In this document: one piece after another, positions 50,159 through 58,155 of the stretch
How positions within the stretch are numbered: the first letter of the stretch is position 1
Layout: every line of letters begins with the position of its first letter
Source: Minisyncoccia bacterium
GTDB lineage: Bacteria; Patescibacteriota; Minisyncoccia; Phycocordibacterales; CAIZLB01
Assembly: GCA_041752275.1 (NCBI GenBank)
Contig: JBGSHK010000008.1
Coordinates: forward strand, 2,641-66,640
Length of the DNA stretch: 64,000 nt
Reading direction: 5' to 3'
Translations under genes and position numbers: made by a program
Notes under the pieces: generated by a model
The model's input: the letters and a program-made list of their open reading frames with translations, nothing else
Database searches by the model: none
Told to the model about the DNA's origin: nothing

Positions 50159-50611
50159 TTATTTTACATCAATATCAAAATGATACACATCATTCTTATC
50201 TCCTAAAGATTCATATAGTTTGATTGCAGGCTCATCTACTTTGTCTGCTTGCACATATATAACATGTGCATCTTTTTCTTTAGCTATATCCTTAAGTTTT
50301 AAGATTAAATTTGTGGCAACACCTTTTTTCCTATTTTCTTCGTTCACTCCTAAGTCATAGATATATATTTCTCTCCGATCTTGTTCAAACTTTTCTAACA
50401 CATAAGCAACTAAACCGCCAACAATTTTGTTATCACATAATGCAACAACTGCTATAAAATCTTGTTTTGAAAGAATTTTTTGTAAATATTTGTCTGATGG
50501 AACATTGTCTTGATAGGTAGAAATATCATCAAATGCATTTCCAAAAACAAATAATAGTTGTTTTAGGTTTTCAATATCTGAAGATAGAAGTTGTTTGTAT
50601 GTGTAATTCAT
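50159..50611 (-). CDS. GNAT acetyltransferase, AAC(3)-I aminoglycoside acetyltransferase-like
   Basis: FG.AF.D...Y....P...YL, VGGL.AY.L.KFEQ.R.EIYIYDL.V, VQAD..D.PAI.LY..LG....V.HFDI. Confidence 0.85.
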   Translation of the reverse strand: MNYTYKQLLSSDIENLKQLLFVFGNAFDDISTYQDNVPSDKYLQKILSKQDFIAVVALCDNKIVGGLVAYVLEKFEQDRREIYIYDLGVNEENRKKGVATNLILKLKDIAKEKDAHVIYVQADKVDEPAIKLYESLGDKNDVYHFDIDVK

Positions 50612-50656
50612 ATGTATATGATATCAAAAAAATGAAGAATTTGTTAAAATTATTAC

Positions 50657-50908
50657 ATGACTATAAAACGGATTTCTGGTGGTACGGTACATAAAATACC
50701 TATAGATGTAAAAAAGATTTTAATTTCAAAACCTGAATTTTATGAAATCTGGGAAGATATTACTCCATTGTCTCGCAATGAATTTATATGTTGGATAGAA
50801 GATACTAAGAATGTTGAAACAAGACAAAGAAGAATAAATATCATGTTAGATAAATTTAAAAAAGGGCAAAGAAGACCATGTTGTTGGGCAGGTTGTAAAC
50901 ACAGGTAA
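50657..50908 (+). CDS. YdeI/OmpD-associated family protein
   Basis: H..P.D, W..ITPL.RNE.ICWI...K..ETR.RR, RRPCCW.GC.HR. Confidence 0.88.
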   Translation: MTIKRISGGTVHKIPIDVKKILISKPEFYEIWEDITPLSRNEFICWIEDTKNVETRQRRINIMLDKFKKGQRRPCCWAGCKHR

Positions 50909-50952
50909 ACTAAATATAGTTTTTTATATATCGATTAGATATAATAGTAAAG

Positions 50953-51387
50953 ATGGCTAATCAAATACAAAAAATACAAAGCACTTTTAAATACGCTATG
51001 GAAAATCGTCCCAAAATAGGAGGTTTTCCTTTTCTTGCAGAATGTATGAGGCAATCTGGTGTAAGTTACAATATATGGTCATTACCAAGTGCTCAGAGTA
51101 TATATGTTATGGATGAGGGAAGTGTTGTACAGCAAGGAAATCCTTTAGTGTCAGGTTTAGTTGATATTGCTGTATTTGATCAAGAGTCTCTTGTTAAAGC
51201 TATTAGAAAAGATCAAATAGGGGAAAGTACTTTCGATGAATTTTTAAAATCCTGCTGGGAGGCTGGGGTTGTGCGATATGTTGTAGATTTTGAAAAAAGA
51301 ATGGTTAGTTATTTTGGTGTTAATGAAGAAAGTTATGAAGAGGAATATGGTGGGGTGGAGATTGGAGTAGTTTCAAGCTTACAATAA
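50953..51387 (+). CDS. DUF1398 family protein
   Basis: RP..GGFP.LAE..R..GV, Q.G..TF.EF....W.AGV..Y.VD...R.V.Y.G. Confidence 0.85.
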   Translation: MANQIQKIQSTFKYAMENRPKIGGFPFLAECMRQSGVSYNIWSLPSAQSIYVMDEGSVVQQGNPLVSGLVDIAVFDQESLVKAIRKDQIGESTFDEFLKSCWEAGVVRYVVDFEKRMVSYFGVNEESYEEEYGGVEIGVVSSLQ

Positions 51388-51426
51388 GGTAAAGAAAAAC
51401 CACCCTATGGAATAAGGTGATTTTGT

Positions 51427-51456
51427 TGGATCTGTGCATGGGAGGATGTTCGAACC
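51427..51456 (+). repeat. Putative recombination site 1 (left type A, right type 1)
   Basis: TGGATCTGTGCATGGGAGGATGTTCGAACC, preceded by CACCCTATGGAATAAGGTGATTTT. Confidence 0.7.
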
Positions 51457-51534
51457 TTGTTGGTGCAAAAATAAACCGCCATACCTTTCGGACGGACGGT
51501 TTTTGCTTTAGCTGATGTTGCCAGCGCGGGATAG

Positions 51535-52147
51535 TTAGTCCACAGTATCAATGTCAACAGTACCTTCTTTGTCGTAAATACTGTCGGGAACTGTACATAT
51601 GTTCGTGACAGGTTTCTGCTCAACGATACTGTTAGGGACGGAGGGTAGTTTGTGCCACCACCCCCCATCCTTCTTGCGGAACTGAAGAGTACCCCCAAAA
51701 GGTGTCGTTCTGCTCGGTTGGAACTGCAGGAATGTACCAGCCGATCTGATTCGTCCTGCCACCTAGTGATGAGCGACACCCTTCGGAGTCGATGTCACTG
51801 ATATCTTTATTGCCAATCCTTGCAGCACATGGTGCACAAAGCAAGGATTGGTGGTCGAGAAACGTTTGGTACTCTCGCCAGAGTTTTACCCCACGTGCAC
51901 CACACAGACAGCATCTGTAGCTTGCAGGTGCGGTGATCATGGAATAATTTACCGGTTGTGAAGGATTGACTATAGGGTCATATGGAGATCCTTCTCCAAA
52001 CATTTCCCGAGCAAGTCGAAGGGCCTTGGCCGGACCCCTTTCTCCATTAAATGACATCGAAGGTTTTTTACCTCTCGAACGTTTCCATATTGCATGCCCT
52101 ATAACGAAAGGAGCACTACCGGGTAAAAAACGAAGGAACTTTTTCAT
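51535..52147 (-). CDS. Cassette 1: Cys-rich hypothetical protein, frameshifted in a G6 tract
   Basis: ORF 52147-51632 (CCLC, CAPC); removing one G at 51661-51666 gives ...QEGWGWWHKLPS... and extends to 51535; GC higher than flanks. Confidence 0.6.
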
Positions 52148-52223
52148 GATTTATTGTTTGTTGTTGGTTGTGAAAAGTAAAAGTGCTACCGTTAAGATAA
52201 CACTTTTTATATATTTGTCAACA

Positions 52224-52304
52224 ATACTCCTCGAGTTACCTTTTTACCGAACTAGGGGAGTGGTTTAGATTGTTGAAGAGGAATGGGTTTAGATTTATAT
52301 AAAA
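52224..52304 (+). repeat. Putative recombination site 2 (left B, right 2) with ~78-bp repeat
   Basis: CTCCTCGAGTTACCTTTTTACCGAACTAGGGGAGTGG...; about 6 differences from 53728-53804. Confidence 0.85.
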
Positions 52305-52352
52305 TGAAAATCCCGTCAGCTTTACCTGTGACGGGAGGGGTATTCAATGTTT

Positions 52353-52595
52353 CTATGATGAAATTTGTGGTTTTGATATTTCATCCCAAGATGCTTCGTA
52401 ATCAAAGGATATTGACACGTTAACCCCGTTAGAATTTAAGAATTTTCCCGTGATGTGTAGTTCAGGGTAGTCTCCTGATGCATTATCCTCAAGAATTTCA
52501 CTATCATTATTGGGGACATTTGATTTTCCTTCGGCAGTAAGAATAACGAATATCCTATGCCAGAGTTCCTTGTTTTTGTGTTCTTGAACTTTCAT
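52353..52595 (-). CDS. Cassette 2: hypothetical protein
   Basis: 80-aa ORF with own TTGACA promoter and downstream hairpin TCCCGTCA..TGACGGGA. Confidence 0.6.
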   Translation of the reverse strand: MKVQEHKNKELWHRIFVILTAEGKSNVPNNDSEILEDNASGDYPELHITGKFLNSNGVNVSISFDYEASWDEISKPQISS

Positions 52596-52673
52596 ATTTT
52601 GTTGTTACAGTTGATTGCAGTCAGTAAAAAGTGCTACCTATTACGATAACACTTTTTACGTATTTGTCAACAC

Positions 52674-52715
52674 TTGCTCCGCGCATGGGAGGATGTTCGA
52701 ACCTTGTTGTGCAAA
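52674..52715 (+). repeat. Putative recombination site 3 (left B, right 1)
   Basis: TTGCTCCGCGCATGGGAGGATGTTCGAACCTTGTTG; right part matches site 1, left 47 bp matches the left flank of site 2. Confidence 0.85.
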
Positions 52716-52788
52716 TGAAAACCACCCCTGGCACGAATGGTTCCGTGCAGGGGCGGTGGTTGGTAGCAAGAGTTTATCCAGTTATCAG

Positions 52789-53253
52789 CTAACCTCGAAG
52801 GTCGATCTGGTTATAGCCCTTCTTTCTCATCTCAACATAGATAGGGAGAAGCAGCATGAGTAGTCTGTGGTTTGCTTCATCTTTGCTTTCTGTCGTATCA
52901 AGGTACACTGTATTGATTGCCTCGGAGATCGTAGGCATTGGGATGCCCAACCTCTCAATCGTACCGTCAAGTATCTGATAGAACTCGGCACCTGTTTGTC
53001 CTAGGCGCAATTCTGAATTGAAATAGTGTTTCCTGTCTTCTTCGGATATTGTATCCCTGAAAACTTTATCCCATCCGCCATTTTCTCGCATTAGGGTGCG
53101 ATATGTACCCTCCGAGTTGCCCGTAGGAACAGGTACATCGCCCAAAGGGAAGTGCTGATGGAAATTGTTGATAATATTGTTGCGTGCGATGGACCACCCT
53201 TCGCTTGCGTCAATTTTTGATTCAGATTCATCGTATGGTTGTTCGTTTTGCAT
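52789..53253 (-). CDS. Cassette 3: hypothetical protein
   Basis: ATG 53253 with GGAGG SD; own promoter and GC-rich hairpin at 52721-52760. Confidence 0.7.
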   Translation of the reverse strand: MQNEQPYDESESKIDASEGWSIARNNIINNFHQHFPLGDVPVPTGNSEGTYRTLMRENGGWDKVFRDTISEEDRKHYFNSELRLGQTGAEFYQILDGTIERLGIPMPTISEAINTVYLDTTESKDEANHRLLMLLLPIYVEMRKKGYNQIDLRG

Positions 53254-53340
53254 TTTACCTCCTTTCAAGGGCTGGTTAAGTTGATTGAAACTAAAAAGAA
53301 CACGACATATTTATATCACGTTCTTTTTAATTTGTCTAAT

Positions 53341-53370
53341 TAGCTCCTTCTAGTACACGAGTTCAGAACT
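53341..53370 (+). repeat. Putative recombination site 4
   Basis: TAGCTCCTTCTAGTACACGAGTTCAGAACT, same CTCC...GAAC spacing, preceded by inverted repeat TAAAAAGAAC..GTTCTTTTTA. Confidence 0.6.
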
Positions 53371-53392
53371 TTAAATTGGAGGAATATTCAAT

Positions 53393-53620
53393 CTAAACTT
53401 GTGAATTTTCAACTTCTTTAACCTCTTCTTCGGACACATCTTCTGGTGCCATTTCAAATCTAGCTTTATTGTCAGCCATCCATTTTTCCATATCTCCATT
53501 AGGGTCATTCATTACTTCAGGGTGTGCTTGCATGTAGTGAGGTTGAAGATTTGTCATCCATTCTTCAAAAGTATTACCTTGGGCAGTTACTTCACATAAA
53601 TCACATTTAAGAGTTTTCAT
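53393..53620 (-). CDS. Cassette 4: small DUF1059-like metal-binding protein
   Basis: MKTLKCDLC....G.TFEE......H....H. Confidence 0.7.
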   Translation of the reverse strand: MKTLKCDLCEVTAQGNTFEEWMTNLQPHYMQAHPEVMNDPNGDMEKWMADNKARFEMAPEDVSEEEVKEVENSQV

Positions 53621-53724
53621 AATATTTTTTTTATTTAAAATTTAATTAATAATTTATATTATAGCACAAGTTCTGAACACTGTTTGGGTAACCAAAATCA
53701 CCCTACAGAATAAGGTGATTTTAA

Positions 53725-53804
53725 TGGCTCCCGAGTTACCTTTTTACCGAACTGGGGGAGTGGTGTAGGTTGTTGAAGAGGAATGGGTTTAGGTTTGTAT
53801 AAAA
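53725..53804 (+). repeat. Putative recombination site 5 (left A, right 2)
   Basis: AAAATCACCCTACAGAATAAGGTGATTTT then TGGCTCC-CGAGTTACCTTTTTACCGAACT... (one base shorter than site 2). Confidence 0.85.
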
Positions 53805-53873
53805 GAAAAAGAACCCAGCAACTTTAGAAAGTACATCTAGATTCATCTTTTTGGTTTATATACCGAGATTTGA

Positions 53874-54281
53874 TCAATGATCAGGATAGAACATTGGAAT
53901 TTGTCCCTCGAAGACCTCCTGGAGATAAAGGTTGAGGAGGATTCGTTGTGCACCTCTACCAAAATCATCTCCACTCGACAAGTGTCCAGGGTCTTTCAGA
54001 GATCCGATATTACGAATCCTATCAGAGATGTTTTTCCAGATTTGTTCCGTCTGTCCACCAGATTTTGTCCCCGTGATGGTGATCGAGCAAGAGCAAGATA
54101 CACCCTTGGAATCAGTTATCGATTCACTGGTATTAATGTTGACTCCGACGAGGTGTGGTTGGATCAGTGAATCAGGAGTACTGAACTCTTCAGCAATGAT
54201 TTGTTGCAATTCAGCACGAGCATCTTCGAGATGTGTGCGATTTCCGAACTCACTCGTATAAGCGATGTTTATGGTTGACAT
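53874..54281 (-). CDS. Cassette 5: hypothetical protein
   Basis: 135-aa ORF, AC-rich leader, TTGACT-17-TATTAT promoter at about 54345-54317. Confidence 0.6.
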   Translation of the reverse strand: MSTINIAYTSEFGNRTHLEDARAELQQIIAEEFSTPDSLIQPHLVGVNINTSESITDSKGVSCSCSITITGTKSGGQTEQIWKNISDRIRNIGSLKDPGHLSSGDDFGRGAQRILLNLYLQEVFEGQIPMFYPDH

Positions 54282-54398
54282 GGTGGTTGTTTTCTGTTGA
54301 ATGATTAACTTATGTATAATATAATATTAGTATTAAAAAGTCAAATATAATAAAGATATAATAGAAAAATAACCTTACAAAATAAGGCTACTTTTGAT

Positions 54399-54428
54399 TT
54401 GCTCCGCGGGTTGAGGGATGTTAGAACC
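54399..54428 (+). repeat. Putative recombination site 6 / left end of defence island
   Basis: TTGCTCCGCGGGTTGAGGGATGTTAGAACC, preceded by degenerate left-A hairpin AACCTTACAAAATAAGGCT. Confidence 0.7.
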
Positions 54429-54528
54429 TATTTGATTAATACATAATGAAGGTATTTATACTTATAAATATTAATAAAGAAGATATAATAGCAAAAATAT
54501 CTAATGGGTGGTAAAATATCATCTAATA

Positions 54529-56958
54529 ATGGCAATTAAAAAATCACAACTATATAGTTCTATTTGGCAAGGGTGTGATGAGCTCCGAGGTGGAATGGAT
54601 GCCTCACAATATAAAGATTACGTACTTGTTCTTTTGTTTATACGTTATGTTTCAGATAAATACTCAGGTAAAGTAGATTCATTGGTTGAAATTCCAGCGG
54701 GTGGTAGTTTTGCAGATCTTGCCAGTTTGAAAGGAAAATCACATATTGGAGATGGTATCAATAAAGTTCTTGCAAAACTTGCTGAGGCTAATGGACTGCA
54801 AGGTGTTATTGATGCAGTTGATTTTAATGACGAAGAAAAGCTTGGTAAAGGTAAGGATATGCAAGATAGACTTTCAAACCTTATTGCTATTTTTGAAAAT
54901 CCTGATTTAGATTTTAGTAAAAACAAAGCTGAGGGCGACGATCTACTTGGCGATGCATATGAGTACCTTATGAAGCATTTTGCTGTTGAGTCTGGTAAAA
55001 GCAAAGGACAGTTTTATACTCCGGCAGAAGTTTCCCGAATTGTAGCTAAAGTTATTGAAGCAAATAAAGCTGACAGTGGTATGCATACAGTGTATGACCC
55101 TGCCTGTGGTAGTGGTTCATTGCTTTTGAAAGTCGCAGAGGAAGCAAAGAAAATTTCTATTTATGGACAAGAGCTTGATACTGCAACCGCAGGACTTGCA
55201 ACACTTAACATGTGGCTACATAACAAACCTGAAGCTGAAATAAGAAAAGGGCAAAGCACACTCTCCACACCGCTCTTTATAGAACATGGATCTCTCAAGA
55301 CGTTTGATTATGTTGTAGCTAATCCACCCTTTTCTTACAAATCATGGCGTAACGGTTTTGAACCAGAACACGATCAGTACGATCGTTTTGACGGTTTTGG
55401 TATTCCTCCAAAAAAGAAAGGAGACTTTGCCTTTCTTTTGCATATTTTGAAATCACTTAAAAGCACAGGGACAGGTGCAGTCATCCTTCCGCACGGTGTT
55501 TTATTCCGTGGAAATGTAGAAGCTGAAATTCGTAAGAACATTATTGAAAGAGGATATATCAAAGGAATAATTGGATTACCAGCAAACCTTTTCTACGGAA
55601 CAGGAATATCTGCCTGCATTATCGTGTTAGACAAAGCAACTGCCACTACACGCAAAGGCATCTTCATGGTAGATGCCTCAAAAGGATTTATTAAAGATGG
55701 AAATAAGAATCGTCTTCGTGAGCGGGATATTCGCAAGATTGTAGATACGTGGACAGACAAGCTGGAGACTTCAAGGTTTTCCCGCTTTGTTACAAATGAA
55801 GAAATTAAGAAGAATGATTATAACCTCAACCTTCCGAGATATATTGATGCTCAAGAAATAGAGGATATTCAAGATATCGAAGCACATCTTAAGGGTGGAA
55901 TTCCTGAAGCTGATATTGAAATCCTTTCTCCCTATTGGAAAATCTGTTCAACCCTGAAACATTCACTTTTTAAAGCCAATGGCCGTAAAGGTTATAGTGA
56001 GATAAAGATTGCACCCGATGAAGTTAAGAAGACGATTCTTGGTCATGCTGAATTTGAGACATTCAGAAAAGATGTGTTGTTACATTTTGCAAAATGGCAA
56101 ACTCCAATCACCTCATATTTGAAGGGTATTTCTGTTACAGATCATCCAAAAGCGATTATTGAAAAAATATCCGATAGTCTACTTGAAAAATTTGCTGATC
56201 TTACACTGATTGATAAATATGATATTTATCAACACCTTATGTCATATTGGGAAGAAATAATGCAGGATGATACACATATCGTAACAGTTGAAGGTTGGAA
56301 ATCGGGAAATGAAATAGTTCGATTGCAAAAAGAGAATAAAGGAAAGAAAAAAGATATTGATGGCCTTGTCGGTCTTGAAGGTAGACTTATTCCTACATCT
56401 CTTATCATTAAGACTTATTTTGAAAAGGAACAAAAAGTAATTTATGGATTGAATTCTGCGCTTGAACAGGTGGGTGTAGACATGGATACTCTCAAAGATG
56501 AACATGGTGGAGACGAAGGTCTGCTTTCTGAGGTGATTGATAATGACAAGATCAGCAAGGTAAGTGTTTTGAAAAGAATCAAAGAAATCAAGCATAGCAA
56601 TGATGATACTGATGAACTCGCGGTCCTAGAAAAATATACTGTCCTATTTGAAAAGGAATTTGATACTAAAAAAACAATCAAAGACGCCCTTATAGATATT
56701 GAAAAGAAGGTCCTTAAAAAGTACCCGACACTTTCTATCGATGAGGTAAAAACACTTGTCGTTGAAGATAAGTGGATGAATGAACTCTCTACTCGCATAC
56801 TCGGCGAAGTTGATAGATTGTCCCAGACTCTTGCTGGCCGTGTAAAAGAGCTTGCGGAGAGATATGTAAAACCAATGCCTAAGATTGTGGAAGAGGTTGA
56901 AGATTTAAAAAATAAAGTCGAAAGACATCTGAAAAAGATGGGATTTGATATTAAATAA
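54529..56958 (+). CDS. hsdM: Type I restriction-modification methyltransferase subunit M
   Basis: W..CDELRGGMDASQYKDY, GQFYTP, YDPACGSGSLL, NPPF, PHGVLFRG; start moved to ATG 54529. Confidence 0.97.
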   Translation: MAIKKSQLYSSIWQGCDELRGGMDASQYKDYVLVLLFIRYVSDKYSGKVDSLVEIPAGGSFADLASLKGKSHIGDGINKVLAKLAEANGLQGVIDAVDFNDEEKLGKGKDMQDRLSNLIAIFENPDLDFSKNKAEGDDLLGDAYEYLMKHFAVESGKSKGQFYTPAEVSRIVAKVIEANKADSGMHTVYDPACGSGSLLLKVAEEAKKISIYGQELDTATAGLATLNMWLHNKPEAEIRKGQSTLSTPLFIEHGSLKTFDYVVANPPFSYKSWRNGFEPEHDQYDRFDGFGIPPKKKGDFAFLLHILKSLKSTGTGAVILPHGVLFRGNVEAEIRKNIIERGYIKGIIGLPANLFYGTGISACIIVLDKATATTRKGIFMVDASKGFIKDGNKNRLRERDIRKIVDTWTDKLETSRFSRFVTNEEIKKNDYNLNLPRYIDAQEIEDIQDIEAHLKGGIPEADIEILSPYWKICSTLKHSLFKANGRKGYSEIKIAPDEVKKTILGHAEFETFRKDVLLHFAKWQTPITSYLKGISVTDHPKAIIEKISDSLLEKFADLTLIDKYDIYQHLMSYWEEIMQDDTHIVTVEGWKSGNEIVRLQKENKGKKKDIDGLVGLEGRLIPTSLIIKTYFEKEQKVIYGLNSALEQVGVDMDTLKDEHGGDEGLLSEVIDNDKISKVSVLKRIKEIKHSNDDTDELAVLEKYTVLFEKEFDTKKTIKDALIDIEKKVLKKYPTLSIDEVKTLVVEDKWMNELSTRILGEVDRLSQTLAGRVKELAERYVKPMPKIVEEVEDLKNKVERHLKKMGFDIK

Positions 56959-56963
56959 ACTTT

Positions 56964-58151
56964 ATGACAAGTGTAATCAAAACAATTCCAAAGGGATACA
57001 AACAAACTGAAATCGGGGTTGTTCCTACTGATTGGGATGTCCAACCAATAAGTTATATTGCAAAGGTTACAACAGGGTCTAAAAACACTCAGGACAAAAT
57101 CGATACTGGCCTCTACCCATTCTTTGTGCGATCCCAAGTAGTTGAGAGGATAAATAGTTATTCTTATAACGGTGAAGCTATTCTAACTGCTGGAGACGGT
57201 GTTGGTACCGGTAAGGTTTTTCATTACATAAATGGTAAGTTTGATATCCATCAGAGAGTTTACAAAATCAGTGACTTCTCTAGTGATATAAATGGATATT
57301 ATTTCTACTTGTATTTTAGTAATAATTTCTATAAAAGAATTATGCAGATGACCGCAAAATCATCTGTCGATTCAGTTCGAATGGAAATGATTGCTGACAT
57401 GCAAATCCCTTTACCTAGTAAGACTGAACAGGTATCCATTACTAAAGCGCTCTCCGATATCAGTACTCTAATCCAAAAGACAGAAAGTCTGATTGAAAAG
57501 AAGAGGGTTATTAAACAAGGTGCAATGCAGGAATTACTTACGGGAAAAAGAAGACTGTCTGGTTTTAGTGGTGATTGGGATTATAAAAGACTTGGTGATA
57601 TCACAGACATGTCGTCGGGTGGAACACCGTTATCAAGTAATCCGGTTTATTATGGTGGGTGGATACCTTGGGTTGTAATTGCTGATATGACCAGAATAAC
57701 TAAATATCTTTTTGATACAGAAAAAAAGATCACAAACAAAGGACTTGAAAATAGTTCAGCAAAATTATTTCCTGCAGGAACACTGCTTTTTGCTATGTAT
57801 GCATCAATAGGAAAGTGTTCAATTACTAAAGTTGATGTAAGTTGTAATCAAGCTATTTTAGGAATCAATACAAAAAAGATTGATATAGAATTTTTATATT
57901 ATTATTTGTCATTTAATGAGCAGAAGTTTTTGCAAATGGGTCAATCAGGAACACAAAATAATCTGAACAAAGAAATAGTTGAGAATTTCTCGATACCCTA
58001 TCCTCAAATACCGGAGCAAACCGCCATTGCTACCATCCTCTCCGATATGGATACCGAAATAGAAAAGCTTGAATCGGAAATGATAAAATGGAAAGATATA
58101 AAGCAAGGGATGGTGCAAACATTATTAACAGGTAAAATAAGATTAATCTAA
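56964..58151 (+). CDS. hsdS: Type I R-M specificity subunit S
   Basis: Two TRDs with conserved P...EQ..I...LSD and KQG.MQ.LLTGK.RL repeats. Confidence 0.96.
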   Translation: MTSVIKTIPKGYKQTEIGVVPTDWDVQPISYIAKVTTGSKNTQDKIDTGLYPFFVRSQVVERINSYSYNGEAILTAGDGVGTGKVFHYINGKFDIHQRVYKISDFSSDINGYYFYLYFSNNFYKRIMQMTAKSSVDSVRMEMIADMQIPLPSKTEQVSITKALSDISTLIQKTESLIEKKRVIKQGAMQELLTGKRRLSGFSGDWDYKRLGDITDMSSGGTPLSSNPVYYGGWIPWVVIADMTRITKYLFDTEKKITNKGLENSSAKLFPAGTLLFAMYASIGKCSITKVDVSCNQAILGINTKKIDIEFLYYYLSFNEQKFLQMGQSGTQNNLNKEIVENFSIPYPQIPEQTAIATILSDMDTEIEKLESEMIKWKDIKQGMVQTLLTGKIRLI

Positions 58152-58155
58152 TAAT

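Larger units (their letters stand above)
51396..54428. mobile_element. Putative recombinase-driven gene cassette array (six sites, five cassettes)
   Basis: Sites of form (T)(G)CTCC-N17-MGAAC at 51427, 52224, 52674, 53341, 53725, 54399 alternate with single minus-strand genes; flanks are shared in shuffled pairs. Confidence 0.7.

Noticed and set aside
51427-54428. Sites resemble antisense tRNA 3' ends (TGGCTCC...TTCGAACC)
   Set aside because: Spacing from CTCC to GAAC is about 5 nt too long for acceptor plus T-arm, and no T-stem pairing or cloverleaf is present; not called as tRNA genes
51396-54428. Possible CRISPR array or classical integron attC array
   Set aside because: Intervals are 380-800 bp and contain whole genes; repeats are not identical; no RYYYAAC/GTTRRRY-bounded attC hairpins, cas genes or intI seen
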